Positions 28,093-38,388 are shown, counted from the first letter of the stretch. The stretch: 45,239 bases of DNA from Candidatus Parcubacteria bacterium (GCA_026395675.1 JAPLYF010000084.1:1-45239), one strand, 5' to 3'. Notes: generated from the sequence alone by a model not told the origin. Made by a program: numbers and translations.

Positions 28093-28278
28093 TTAAAGTC
28101 CGATTAACCGTGGCTGCTTGACTATTTCTTTGGTTTCTGGGTCAAAATGCACCCATTTGCTTTCAGTTGAACCGCAGTTATGGCATTTCCCATTAGAATT
28201 CTTTATAGAATTCCAATCAATGCCGCACTCTTTGCAGACCTTTTTTAGCGGGAAATATTCGACAGGGATTACATCCAT
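28093..28278 (-). CDS. Small zinc-ribbon hypothetical protein
   Basis: CKECG..CHNCGS; AAGGAGG SD; hairpin 28053-28086 downstream. Confidence 0.6.
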   Translation of the reverse strand: MDVIPVEYFPLKKVCKECGIDWNSIKNSNGKCHNCGSTESKWVHFDPETKEIVKQPRLIGL

Positions 28279-28292
28279 TTCCAGACCTCCTT

Positions 28293-28329
28293 GCCCTCCG
28301 TAGTCCCGCTGTGCGGGACGTAGGAGGGC
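28293..28329. repeat. 37-bp hairpin element GCCCTCC-GTA-GTCCCGC-TGT-GCGGGAC-GTA-GGAGGGC
   Basis: Family of 4354 and 28564. Confidence 0.85.
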
Positions 28330-28414
28330 TTTTTCTTTTTAAATTTAAAGATCAAAAATAAAACCAGCCCCGCGGCGCGGGGCTAGTTTTTATCTTAACA
28401 ATGTAAATTTGATA

Positions 28415-28519
28415 TCAAAAAAGCCTTGCCGCGAGTAAGCACAATAATAAAAGCAATAGGCCTAATAAATTTATCCTGACATCAATTTTCTCCAGTTGTA
28501 ATGCTTTAGTGGTTATCAT
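28415..28519 (-). CDS. 34-aa Leu-rich putative leader peptide
   Basis: MITTKALQLEKIDVRINLLGLLLLLLCLLAARLF; promoter 28529-28556; terminator 28364-28386. Confidence 0.45.
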   Translation of the reverse strand: MITTKALQLEKIDVRINLLGLLLLLLCLLAARLF

Positions 28520-28528
28520 ATTAATTTG

Positions 28529-28556
28529 ATTATAGCAAGAGGTAAAAATTTGTCAA
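28529..28556 (-). promoter_or_regulatory. Consensus sigma70 promoter
   Basis: TTGACA-16 nt-TATAAT with extended -10 TG. Confidence 0.65.
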
Positions 28557-28563
28557 ATTTCAA

Positions 28564-28598
28564 TCCACCGAAGTCCCGCTCGGCGGGACGTAGGCGGA
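28564..28598. repeat. 35-bp hairpin element TCCACC-GAA-GTCCCGC-TCG-GCGGGAC-GTA-GGCGGA abutting the ndk stop
   Basis: Family of 4354 and 28293. Confidence 0.85.
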
Positions 28599-29183
28599 TT
28601 AAACACGCCAATTTGCATCATACAATATTGTGTCTCTGGCCAAATTGTAATCCCAAATCTCATCTTTTTTAAACCAAATAACAATCTCTTTTTCCGCCTC
28701 AGCCACAGTGCCTGAAGCATGGACCAAATTTCTAATTGCCCTATTGGCTAAATCAGCCATTTGATAAGTTTCAATCGGGCTCAAGTCGCCTCTGATTGTG
28801 CCAATAGCCGCGCTAAAAGGTTCAGTACTGCCGCAGATTTTGCGAACCAAAGAGACGGCTGCGTTGCCTTCCCAAACCATGGCGACCACAGGACCGGCAG
28901 TCATGAAATTTTTCAAGCGCTTTAAAACATCTTTGCCCACAGCAACCGGATCATTATTGGGCGGCTCCAGACCCTTTTCTTTATATGATTCAATAGCTTT
29001 GACACCGACTGTTTTGAGCCAGCTGGGATCAATAGTATAATGTTTTTCTACCATTTTATCATCTGCCTGGACTAATTTCATGCCTACTAATTTTAAGCCG
29101 CTGCGCTCCAAGCGGCAAATAATTTCGCCAATTAAATTTCTTTGCACGCCATCTGGCTTAATAATAACAAGGGTTTTTTCCAT
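28599..29183 (-). CDS. ndk: Nucleoside diphosphate kinase
   Basis: EKTLVIIKPDGVQR, GTIRGD, NLVHAS. Confidence 0.95.
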   Translation of the reverse strand: MEKTLVIIKPDGVQRNLIGEIICRLERSGLKLVGMKLVQADDKMVEKHYTIDPSWLKTVGVKAIESYKEKGLEPPNNDPVAVGKDVLKRLKNFMTAGPVVAMVWEGNAAVSLVRKICGSTEPFSAAIGTIRGDLSPIETYQMADLANRAIRNLVHASGTVAEAEKEIVIWFKKDEIWDYNLARDTILYDANWRV

Positions 29184-29257
29184 AAAAATTTGTTTTAAAG
29201 TTATAAATATGAAATTATTTTAGCAAAAAATATATTTAAGGTCAAGTTTAAATATTT

Positions 29258-30130
29258 TTATTTTTCTGTTTTTATTTTTAAACTTTGCCCGTCGCTGGTA
29301 AAGTTTATTGTCCCGTTTAAATCCGTTCTAAAAATTTTAATATTGTCTTGTTCTAATCTTTTTACAGTAATCAGATGCGGGTGGCCATATGAATTATTTG
29401 CTCCCACTTCAATCACTGCGTATTGCGGCTTAATTGCGTCTAAAAATTCCTGGCTGCTTGAATATTTGCTGCCATGATGGCCAACCTTTAAAACATTGGC
29501 AGTTAAATCAACTTTGCTTGCCAGCAAATCTTGTTCAACTGGCAGGCCAGCATCACCAGTAAATAAAAAAGATTCATTTTTATAAATTAATTTGGCCACA
29601 ATTGAAGAATCATTTAAATTTTCAAAGTTTTTCTGGCTGATGTCATTAAGCGGATATAGAATTTTTAAGTCCAGGTCCTGGCCCAAAACAATGTCTTTAG
29701 GGCCATCGGCTTTGTCAGTTTCAATATTTTGTTTTTTAATTTCCTCAAGCAAAGCTAAGTAGGGCGGCGAATTGTTTTTTACTTCGGTCAGTAAAACTTT
29801 TTTAACCTTATAGCGTCTTAAAATTTCAACTAACCCAATTACGTGATCAGTGTGGGGATGAGTTAAGACAACCAAATCAATATCTTTGTCATAAAATGCC
29901 AAATTCTTGCCTAGCGCTGACAAAACTTTGTTATCCGGGCCGCCATCAATTAAAATGTTTTGCTGATAAGGAGTTTTTATCAAAATAGAATCGCCTTGGC
30001 CCACATCCAGAAAATCAACTTCCAGATTTTGCCTCTGATTTTGCGAGTGCGCTGTAAAGGCAATTAATAAAAAAATAATCAGCAAAGCACTGCCCAAAAT
30101 CTTTGAAATTTTTCTTAAATATCTTTCCAT
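29258..30130 (-). CDS. ComEC-associated metallo-beta-lactamase-fold protein
   Basis: FLDVGQGDS, THPHTDH, LFTGD, LKVGHHGS, NSYGHP. Confidence 0.9.
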   Translation of the reverse strand: MERYLRKISKILGSALLIIFLLIAFTAHSQNQRQNLEVDFLDVGQGDSILIKTPYQQNILIDGGPDNKVLSALGKNLAFYDKDIDLVVLTHPHTDHVIGLVEILRRYKVKKVLLTEVKNNSPPYLALLEEIKKQNIETDKADGPKDIVLGQDLDLKILYPLNDISQKNFENLNDSSIVAKLIYKNESFLFTGDAGLPVEQDLLASKVDLTANVLKVGHHGSKYSSSQEFLDAIKPQYAVIEVGANNSYGHPHLITVKRLEQDNIKIFRTDLNGTINFTSDGQSLKIKTEK

Positions 30131-30177
30131 GATTTTATTATAGCATTTTTCTAAAAAATTCTGGGGGAAAGTGCACC

Positions 30178-31662
30178 TTAAATTCGTACTTTTTTGAATT
30201 TATAGATGAAACTAATAATTAAAACATACAAAAGGGCCATTAACCAAATGCTGATTTGGGGAAATTCATAATACGCCCAATTCAAACCGGCTAATTTTTC
30301 TAAAATCCAAATAATATAAGTTAAAACTAACCAGACGCTCCAGCCAGCCACCCAGCCCAGACCTGTCCAAATCATGGCCAAAATTCCAGTCATAAAGCCC
30401 AAAAGCATAGCCAAAGGCACGAAAGGCAAGATCAAAATATTCGCCAAAGGCGCGACTAAAGAAATCTTGCCATAGTTATATAAAATTATCGGCTGAGTCA
30501 TAATAATCGCCGAAACTGTTGTCAGCAAATAATCTCCCAAAATAACTTTTAAAAAAGTATGTTTAATATTTTCAGTGCGCAAAAGCCGCGTCAAAATTGG
30601 ATTTAAATAAACCAAGCCCAGCGTGGCCAAAAATGAGAGCTGAAAACCCAGATCAAAAACCAAAATCTTTGGGTTTGCTATTAGCATTAAAATAACAGTC
30701 AAAACCAAAACGTTTTTTATTTTACTTGTGCGGCCCAGATAATTTGCCAGCAAAACAACGCCTCCCATGATCGCTGCCCTGATGCAGGATGACTGCAGGC
30801 CGGTCATAACTGCAAAGAAAATTAAAAACCCAATTATTACCCAAAAGGATTTTTTTCGTCCCAGGCCGAGATTTTGAAATATCAGCATTAAAAATACCGC
30901 AATAATCGTAACATTATACCCTGAAACAGCCACGATGTGCGTCGTGCCAGTTTTGCTAAAATTATTTTGCAAGTCAGCTGGGATTGCTCTTTTGGCGCCA
31001 ATCAAAAGCCCGGCTAAAAAAGAGGACTGCGGCTCTGCTAATACATAATTTATTCTAGCTATAAAAAAATTTTTTATTTTTAAAATTTTTGCCAAAACAA
31101 AATTGCCTTGATTCTTTTCAAGCAAAGTTATTTTTGGATTATAACAAGTTGAATAAACATTATAGCGGGCTAAATAATCATCATAAGCAAAACCCTGAAC
31201 CTTTTCTGGCGTGAGTAAATTACAAATAAGTTCAAGCTTATCTCCGTAATTATATTCAGGGTACAAATAATTAGTGACCAAAATCTTGCCCTTTACTTTT
31301 TGCCAAGAATTGTTTAGAAAAATTTGCTGACTTTTTATTTCCAGCTTTACTTTGTCCTCCCGCTGATCCGGTTCCTTATCAATAAAACCCCTAACCTGAA
31401 CTTCTCTGCCATTATAAAAATAAATCTGGTCAGGACTTTGTTTGGGCAAAGAAAGCTGGTACCGCCAGATTCCCAAAAGCAAAAAAATCCCCCACAAGCC
31501 AAGTACCAAAAAATATTTATTTTTTAAGCTTAAAATTAAAAAGGTTAAAGAAAGTAGAAGAATCAAAAAACTGATAAAAAAGCCAAATTCTAAAGCCGAG
31601 CATATAAATACGCCTAAAATAAAAAATAGACATGAAGAGAAGAAAATCTTTGCCTGGTTCAT
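30178..31662 (-). CDS. comEC: ComEC/Rec2 competence membrane protein
   Basis: GTTHIVAVSGYNV, RAAIM, GFQLSFLAT. Confidence 0.92.
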   Translation of the reverse strand: MNQAKIFFSSCLFFILGVFICSALEFGFFISFLILLLSLTFLILSLKNKYFLVLGLWGIFLLLGIWRYQLSLPKQSPDQIYFYNGREVQVRGFIDKEPDQREDKVKLEIKSQQIFLNNSWQKVKGKILVTNYLYPEYNYGDKLELICNLLTPEKVQGFAYDDYLARYNVYSTCYNPKITLLEKNQGNFVLAKILKIKNFFIARINYVLAEPQSSFLAGLLIGAKRAIPADLQNNFSKTGTTHIVAVSGYNVTIIAVFLMLIFQNLGLGRKKSFWVIIGFLIFFAVMTGLQSSCIRAAIMGGVVLLANYLGRTSKIKNVLVLTVILMLIANPKILVFDLGFQLSFLATLGLVYLNPILTRLLRTENIKHTFLKVILGDYLLTTVSAIIMTQPIILYNYGKISLVAPLANILILPFVPLAMLLGFMTGILAMIWTGLGWVAGWSVWLVLTYIIWILEKLAGLNWAYYEFPQISIWLMALLYVLIISFIYKFKKVRI

Positions 31663-31677
31663 ATATATAATTATAGC

Positions 31678-31709
31678 AAAAAAAGAGAGTAAAAATTACT
31701 CTCTTTTTT
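31678..31709 (-). terminator. Intrinsic terminator
   Basis: AAAAAAGAGAGTAA..TTACTCTCTTTTTT. Confidence 0.6.
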
Positions 31710-31726
31710 ATCTTTATCTAACTTTT

Positions 31727-34700
31727 TTATTTTAACATCATCATGTCAATGATTGAGGATTTGAGCAAATTATCACCTAGCGGATAAACTTTCGCTCCTG
31801 CTACATTCTTAATCACAAATTCATCTCTAAACAGATTATTTACAAAAACCTCTGCAGTCACTAATTTTTTAAGCAAATTATCAATATAATAAATTTCGCT
31901 TGAACCTTGATATTTAATCAATGAGCCAGTAGGATAATTTGCCGCTGTTATATCAGAGCCTTTGACATAATTAACAAAGAAAGAATCCGGCACGTCTAGT
32001 ACTTTCTTTGCCCAATCTGTCCCATACAATTCTCTGGCAATTGCCTCTGATTTTATAGCCCTGATAATTCCGCCTGGTTCAACAGTATAAACATTGGGAT
32101 CGGTCTGAATTTTTACTAATTTTGTGCCTGGTCGGACTGTGACATTGGAATCCATGGGCAGCTGGCTTAAAATATTGTCGCTTACAGTTTTAATCATTGA
32201 AAAATCCTTAAACCAGGTAAAAAATGTTGCTGCATTTGGAAAGACATGTCTTTTGCCCTCATTGCCCACGGCATAGACGGTCTTTGAGGCTGCATCTTTT
32301 AATAGATCGCCGATACTAACTCCATTTGGTAAAACCACTTCTGGCATTATTGGGGTAGGAACTATTCCGCTGGGCTGAGTAACTTCTACTGCTCCTTGGG
32401 CTGGAATTGTTATATTAAATACGACAGCCGGACTTAAATTGCCATTAGAATCTTCTGATCTTATTTTATAGGTATAGGTCTGATTAATTTGGCGACCTGT
32501 CAAGACCAACTGCTGAATCCCTTTATCTATAGTATTCGTATTGGTCTGACCATTTAATGTTTCATCAATGACAATTTTGGCTAGATCAGAATCAGTGGGA
32601 TCCTTCCAGGTAATTGTAACTTTGCCAGAAGAATCTGCTGTTATTTTTACATCTGTCACAATTGCTGGCGCATTATTGTCTGCCGCAGGACTATTATAGC
32701 TTGGCAATGCAGTAATTGTAAAAGTATAGGGCAAATCAACATTGCCGCCAGTTGGCCCGTCATTGCCAGAATAATAAAAGATGCCTGCTTCTCCAGAGCC
32801 AGGATCAAATAAGCCGGCAGTTGCTCCAGTATCCACTAATTGCGGTATTCTTAAAGTAATTGTTCTGCCTACAGTTGCAAAAGGATTGATATTAACTGAG
32901 ATGCAAATCCTGCCATTGCTTCCTCCTGGTCCTACTGCCCCAGTATATTCCCAGGTATTAGGTCCAGTCGCTGTCAAGTGAGCAAGAAAAGTATCATTGA
33001 CAGAACCAACTGGATTATCACAGCCACCACCTGCAGCACCCCCATCAAAAAGATCAACGCTGGTTATATCACTGCCTGCCACAGCAGTGCCAGTATTTTT
33101 TATGGTAATATGCTGCAAAATATCTGCTTGCCTATCAATCACACCATTATTTTGCGCGCCTGTTTGCACATTACCTTCGTCTTCTAAAATTGTATTGGCA
33201 GAAGTTAAGGTGTTTGTACTGTCTGCATTAGCATAAATCAAATTAAATCCATTTGGGCCTGTTGCCCCACTTAGAGCTGTTAAAGTATCGCCAGCCAGAG
33301 CTGAACCATAACCGTAAACATTGGCGTCACCAGAAGAAGCGGCTTTATTGCCATGAATTTCTAGCCATAAAGTTTCAGTGGCAGCAGCGCCAGCACCCCA
33401 ATCCCAGACAAGATTAGGTGCCCCGACTGCTCCGTCAAAATAAGCAAGTGTCCCAGCGCCTGAAGCCCAGCCGCCATTGCTAGTCGCTGGATTTAAGCCA
33501 TCGCCTGTAGTATCCTGTAAAATTGTATCTGGTCCGCCATTGCCTGGTATGCAATCGCCACTAATATCTATATATATATCTTCTAATGCCGTTGTTATAG
33601 GATGCCTGGAAAAACAAACATTATCAGCTGTTTGCAAATATGTTAAAGAAGCTCCGTTCACAAGCGCATCATCATCAGCACCAGCCCCAAGTGTAGCCGT
33701 GCCATCTGCTTCTATTGGTCCAGTTGCCCCCTCTATATTAGAATGCCACTGTTTTAACCCTTGCAATCTAGCCCATAAAGTCTCAGTTAAACCTGCAGTA
33801 GCTCCATGCGTCCAAGTCAAGCTGGAATCAGCGTCATAATAATAAAGAATTAAAGCAGCGCTCACATAGGCATGAGGAAAAACTCCTATTTGTGGCCCGA
33901 CACCAAGCCCAGTTGCAGTATCATCCCTTATTAATACATCAGTACCTCCGTTACCTGGAATGCAATCAGGAGGACCGAGAGGGCCAGGAGGCACATTACT
34001 ACCGCCATCAACATAAATGATTACATCACCAACGCTGTCTTGACCTAGGGTGTTAATGCAAACATTATCAGCTGGTATCAATGGCCTCAAAGTTGTGCCA
34101 TCAGGAATATTATCATCATCCAACCCTGAGCCAACACCACTATTTTCTGTTGTAGCATAGGTAATATTGCTTGAGTCCGTATAAAGGCCGTCTCCATCAG
34201 AATCAATATAAACTGGTTCATTTGGAGAGCCATCAAATTTATTATCAGTATTGGCATCAAAAAAAGTATCTTTGGCTATCCAAGCTCCTGGCGCATCTCC
34301 TTGCCACTGGTTTGGATAAGCGCTATTCCAATAACTGCCTTCTGCGCCGGTTATTACAGTATCAGGTTTTAAATTGTAAATCCAAATTGCCTCGCCATCA
34401 TCATAAGCGCCATTATTATTAATCAATTCAGAATGCAGCCATAAAGGAGTTGTTAGGCCTGATACAGCTGTGTCTGCACCGCCTGCGCATGCACCTCCTA
34501 AAATATAAGTCTGTGTGCCAGTCCCGCCATTACAATCGCCATCGCTATCAACATATACACATGCTGGCGCAGTCAAACTGTCAGTGCAAAGTTTATCGCC
34601 TCCATTAAAAAATATGCCTGCAAGATTTCCGCCTGCAGGAAACCAATCAAAAGTTGCTATTTTTGCGCCATCTGCTTGAACTCCGGGCCCAGCTGTAGCA

Positions 34701-35041
34701 GATCCATCAAAATCCACTGGCGTCAGACAAGTATTTCCTGGATCATCTAATCTATAACTGCAGGTTTGGCCTGGATTGTCAGTAATCCAAGCTCCCCAAA
34801 CAATAAACTGAGCTGCCGGAAAATTATTGCTGCCCGCCTGAGCACTACCCCCAGCAAAAGTAGTAAATAAATTAGCCATAAAAGTATTACTGAAGGCCTT
34901 GGCTTTTTCCCTATCTTTTAATAAAAAAGAAAAAACAATCTGATTAACTAATAAAACTACTGCTAAGGCCACATAAACAGCAATAATTTTTTTGTGTAAG
35001 CAATCAGACCATTTTCCCGGTTTTTTTGGTTTTAAATTCAT
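31727..35041 (-). CDS. Large Gly/Asp-rich surface protein with Cys-containing repeats, Fn3-like domain and CPR-type C-terminal repeats
   Basis: N-terminal TM helix, DxDxDG motifs, VTITWKDP..YTYKIRSED; ATG 35041 preferred. Confidence 0.75.
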   Translation of the reverse strand: MNLKPKKPGKWSDCLHKKIIAVYVALAVVLLVNQIVFSFLLKDREKAKAFSNTFMANLFTTFAGGSAQAGSNNFPAAQFIVWGAWITDNPGQTCSYRLDDPGNTCLTPVDFDGSATAGPGVQADGAKIATFDWFPAGGNLAGIFFNGGDKLCTDSLTAPACVYVDSDGDCNGGTGTQTYILGGACAGGADTAVSGLTTPLWLHSELINNNGAYDDGEAIWIYNLKPDTVITGAEGSYWNSAYPNQWQGDAPGAWIAKDTFFDANTDNKFDGSPNEPVYIDSDGDGLYTDSSNITYATTENSGVGSGLDDDNIPDGTTLRPLIPADNVCINTLGQDSVGDVIIYVDGGSNVPPGPLGPPDCIPGNGGTDVLIRDDTATGLGVGPQIGVFPHAYVSAALILYYYDADSSLTWTHGATAGLTETLWARLQGLKQWHSNIEGATGPIEADGTATLGAGADDDALVNGASLTYLQTADNVCFSRHPITTALEDIYIDISGDCIPGNGGPDTILQDTTGDGLNPATSNGGWASGAGTLAYFDGAVGAPNLVWDWGAGAAATETLWLEIHGNKAASSGDANVYGYGSALAGDTLTALSGATGPNGFNLIYANADSTNTLTSANTILEDEGNVQTGAQNNGVIDRQADILQHITIKNTGTAVAGSDITSVDLFDGGAAGGGCDNPVGSVNDTFLAHLTATGPNTWEYTGAVGPGGSNGRICISVNINPFATVGRTITLRIPQLVDTGATAGLFDPGSGEAGIFYYSGNDGPTGGNVDLPYTFTITALPSYNSPAADNNAPAIVTDVKITADSSGKVTITWKDPTDSDLAKIVIDETLNGQTNTNTIDKGIQQLVLTGRQINQTYTYKIRSEDSNGNLSPAVVFNITIPAQGAVEVTQPSGIVPTPIMPEVVLPNGVSIGDLLKDAASKTVYAVGNEGKRHVFPNAATFFTWFKDFSMIKTVSDNILSQLPMDSNVTVRPGTKLVKIQTDPNVYTVEPGGIIRAIKSEAIARELYGTDWAKKVLDVPDSFFVNYVKGSDITAANYPTGSLIKYQGSSEIYYIDNLLKKLVTAEVFVNNLFRDEFVIKNVAGAKVYPLGDNLLKSSIIDMMMLK

Positions 35042-35230
35042 AATTTTAAAAATTATCAATTTATTAATAAAAATAGAGGAAATTAAAATTCCTCTTTATA
35101 TATTAAAGATTTTTTTTTGCTCTGATTTCTGCATGCTCTTAGCATTGACCAGCAGATTAATACTTTATTTAAAGATTATATCTTGATTTGTATTATAGCA
35201 AATTTTAACAAAAAAAGCAAGAGAAATTTC

Positions 35231-35938
35231 TTATTTCTGTGGAAAACATCTTAAACGCCAGCAATTAATAATGGCTTCCCAGATTATTTTTTTATTAAAT
35301 TTGGAGCGTCCCCTGGCTCTTTCCTGAAAAATAAAAGGAATTTCCTTGATTTTAAAACCCTTTTTTATGGCTTTGTAAGTCATTTCAATTTGAAACATGT
35401 AGCCATTTGATTTAATCTTATTTAAATCAATTGATTCTAAAACTTTGCGGCGATAACATTTAAAACCGCCTGTTAAATCTTTTATTTTTAAACCCAAAAT
35501 TATTTGCGCATAAAAACAACCAGCTCGGCTGATTAATTCTCTTAACCAGCTCCAGCCCTGAGTGCCTCCACCCTTAATGTATCTTGACCCTAAAACCAAG
35601 TCGCTACCCTTGATTGCTTCCAAAAAACTACTCAAATATCTGGGCTGGTGGGAAAAATCAGCATCCATTTCAAAAATATAATCATAACTCTTATCTAAAG
35701 CCCATTTAAAACCCGAGATATAAGCTCGACCCAATCCTTCTTTTTTCTCACGGTGTAAAATAAAAAGTTGAGGAATGATTTTTCTTAAGTCCTCAACTAA
35801 TTGGCCTGTGCCATCAGGTGAATTATCATCCACTATTAAAATATCTAAACTTAAATTTTGTGCTAAAATTTCTCTGACAAGCTTGGCAATGTTTTCTCTT
35901 TCATTATAAGTAGGGAGAATGACTAATCCCTGATTCAT
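35231..35938 (-). CDS. Polyprenol monophosphomannose synthase (GT2, DPM1-like)
   Basis: LPTYNERENI, VDDNSPDGT, EMDADFSH; start moved to ATG 35938. Confidence 0.92.
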   Translation of the reverse strand: MNQGLVILPTYNERENIAKLVREILAQNLSLDILIVDDNSPDGTGQLVEDLRKIIPQLFILHREKKEGLGRAYISGFKWALDKSYDYIFEMDADFSHQPRYLSSFLEAIKGSDLVLGSRYIKGGGTQGWSWLRELISRAGCFYAQIILGLKIKDLTGGFKCYRRKVLESIDLNKIKSNGYMFQIEMTYKAIKKGFKIKEIPFIFQERARGRSKFNKKIIWEAIINCWRLRCFPQK

Positions 35939-35940
35939 AT

Positions 35941-38364
35941 TTAAATCACAATATTTAATATCTTGCCTGGCACGTAAATAATTTTTTTCACCTCCTTGCC
36001 TTCCAGCCATTTTTTCACATGTTCATCTGCCAATGCTAAATTTTTTATTTCTTCTTCTGACATATCTTCGGTCACCAAAATTTTACAGCGCATTTTGCCA
36101 TTGATCTGCACTGGCACTTCTTTAACAGCATCCTTAGCTAATTCTGGATCATACTCCGGCCATTTCTCCAAAAAGATTGATTTCTTATGGCCTAATTTTT
36201 GCCAAAGCTCTTCGCCAAGGTGAGGCGCGAAAGGAGATAAAATCTTTAAAAATTGCTCAAAAATTTCCTGATTACAGCCTTTATCCTGAAATTTATTTAT
36301 TAAAATCATCAGAGCAGAAACGCAAGTGTTTAAATCTAAAGTTTCAATCTGTTCAGCGAGTTGTTTTATTGTCTTATGCAGCAAGCGAATCTCTTCATCA
36401 TTATTAGTTCTTTTTTTATTATCTAACTTATTTCCAATTGCCCAAACTTTATCCATAAAGCGTTTTATCCCAACTACGCCCTGTGTGCTCCATGGTGTGG
36501 GCTGATCAAATGGACCCATAAACATTTCATAAACCCTGAAAGTGTCAGCTCCATATTCCTTGACTACATCATCAGGATTAACCACATTGCCGCGCGACTT
36601 GGACATTTTTTCTCCGTCTTCGCCTAAAATTAAACCGTGCGAAGTGCGTTTGGCATATGGCTCTGCAGTTGGCACCACGCCAATATCGTATAAAAATTTG
36701 TGCCAGAAGCGTGAATACAGAAGATGCAAAGTTGTGTGCTCCATGCCGCCATTGTACCAATCAACCGGCGTCCAGTATTTTAATTTCTTTTTGTCAGCCA
36801 AAATTTTATCATTTTTTGGATCGCAATATCTTAAAAAATACCAGGACGAACCAGCCCATTGGGGCATAGTATCTGTTTCGCGTTTGGCTTCTTCCCCGCA
36901 TTTTGGACATTCAACATTAACCCAGTCCTCAATCAGAGCCAAGGGTGAATCCCCATTTTCTGTTGTTTGGTAATTTTCCACTTCGGGTAAAAGAACTGGC
37001 AAATTTTTTTCCTCAACTGGCACATAGCCACAACGCGGACAAATAATAATGGGAATTGGCTCCCCCCAATAACGCTGGCGGGAAAAAATCCAGTCGCGCA
37101 AATGGTAGTTGACTGTCTGGAAACCAAAACCTTTATTTTCTAACCATTCAATAATTTTATCAGTCGCTGGCTGAACATTTAAACCATTTAAAAATTCTGA
37201 ATTAACTAAAGTACCGTCGCCTATCCAGGATTCTTTTTTAATATTTCCACCAGCCACAACTTCTTTAACTAACAGATCAAACTTTTTAGCAAATTCATAA
37301 TCCCTCTGGTCGTGCGCTGGTACTGCCATGACAGCACCTGTGCCATAAGTGGCCAAAACATAATCAGCGGAAAAAATAGGAATTTCTTCATCATTTACAG
37401 GATTAATTGCTTTCAAGCCATGCAGTTCAATCCCTGTCTTGGCTTTTTCTAAATTAGTCCTTTCTAATTCTGTTTTATGCTTGGCCTGATCACGATAATC
37501 CAGCACATCATTAATGTTATCAATCTGGTCTTTAAATTTCTCAATCAATTCATGCTCAGGCGCCACCACCATATAAGTACAGCCAAATAGCGTGTCTGGC
37601 CTGGTGGTATAAACCGGCAAATCATACATATGTTCTTTGGGCAGCATTGTTTTACTTTTAACTTTAAAAACAACCTGCGCCCCATAACTTTTGCCAATCC
37701 AGTCGCTTTGTTGTTTTTTAATTTTCTCCAAATAATCAACAGTTCCCAAATCAGCCAGCAAGCGGTCTGCATAGTCGGTAATTTTTAACATCCATTGTTC
37801 CCTTTCCCTGCGATAAACTTCGCCACCGCATCTTTCGCAAAGATTTTGCACCACTTCTTCATTAGCCAAACCCACATTGCATTTGGTGCACCAGTTCACA
37901 TCCATCTTGGCCTTGTATGCCAAATTTTTATGAAAAAGTTGTAAAAAAATCCATTGAGTCCATTTATAATATTTGGGATCTGTTGTATTAATTTCCCGCG
38001 ACCAATCAAAAGAAAGTCCAATCATTTTCATCTGGCGCTTAATAGTAGCAATGTTTTTTTCAGTTATAATTTTAGGATGCTTACCTGTTTTGATAGCATA
38101 ATTTTCAGTTGGCAAGCCAAAGGCATCCCAGCCAATTGGGTACATAACATTAAAGCCCTGCATTCTTCTTTTGCGCGCCAAAATATCCAGAGCCGTATAA
38201 GGACGCGGATGGCCTACATGCAAACCCTCGCCAGACGGATAAGGAAATTCAATCAAACAATAAAACTTGGGCTTTTTGGAAAAGTCCTCGGCCTTGTTTA
38301 ATTCTTGTTCTTCCCAGTATTTTTGCCACTTGGGCTCGATTTCTGATGGATTGTATTCGTTCAT
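35941..38364 (-). CDS. leuS: Leucine--tRNA ligase
   Basis: FPYPSGEGLHVGH, SRQRYWGEPIP, KMSKS. Confidence 0.98.
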   Translation of the reverse strand: MNEYNPSEIEPKWQKYWEEQELNKAEDFSKKPKFYCLIEFPYPSGEGLHVGHPRPYTALDILARKRRMQGFNVMYPIGWDAFGLPTENYAIKTGKHPKIITEKNIATIKRQMKMIGLSFDWSREINTTDPKYYKWTQWIFLQLFHKNLAYKAKMDVNWCTKCNVGLANEEVVQNLCERCGGEVYRREREQWMLKITDYADRLLADLGTVDYLEKIKKQQSDWIGKSYGAQVVFKVKSKTMLPKEHMYDLPVYTTRPDTLFGCTYMVVAPEHELIEKFKDQIDNINDVLDYRDQAKHKTELERTNLEKAKTGIELHGLKAINPVNDEEIPIFSADYVLATYGTGAVMAVPAHDQRDYEFAKKFDLLVKEVVAGGNIKKESWIGDGTLVNSEFLNGLNVQPATDKIIEWLENKGFGFQTVNYHLRDWIFSRQRYWGEPIPIIICPRCGYVPVEEKNLPVLLPEVENYQTTENGDSPLALIEDWVNVECPKCGEEAKRETDTMPQWAGSSWYFLRYCDPKNDKILADKKKLKYWTPVDWYNGGMEHTTLHLLYSRFWHKFLYDIGVVPTAEPYAKRTSHGLILGEDGEKMSKSRGNVVNPDDVVKEYGADTFRVYEMFMGPFDQPTPWSTQGVVGIKRFMDKVWAIGNKLDNKKRTNNDEEIRLLHKTIKQLAEQIETLDLNTCVSALMILINKFQDKGCNQEIFEQFLKILSPFAPHLGEELWQKLGHKKSIFLEKWPEYDPELAKDAVKEVPVQINGKMRCKILVTEDMSEEEIKNLALADEHVKKWLEGKEVKKIIYVPGKILNIVI

Positions 38365-38388
38365 AAATTTATAAGTTAAAGGAGGTGT

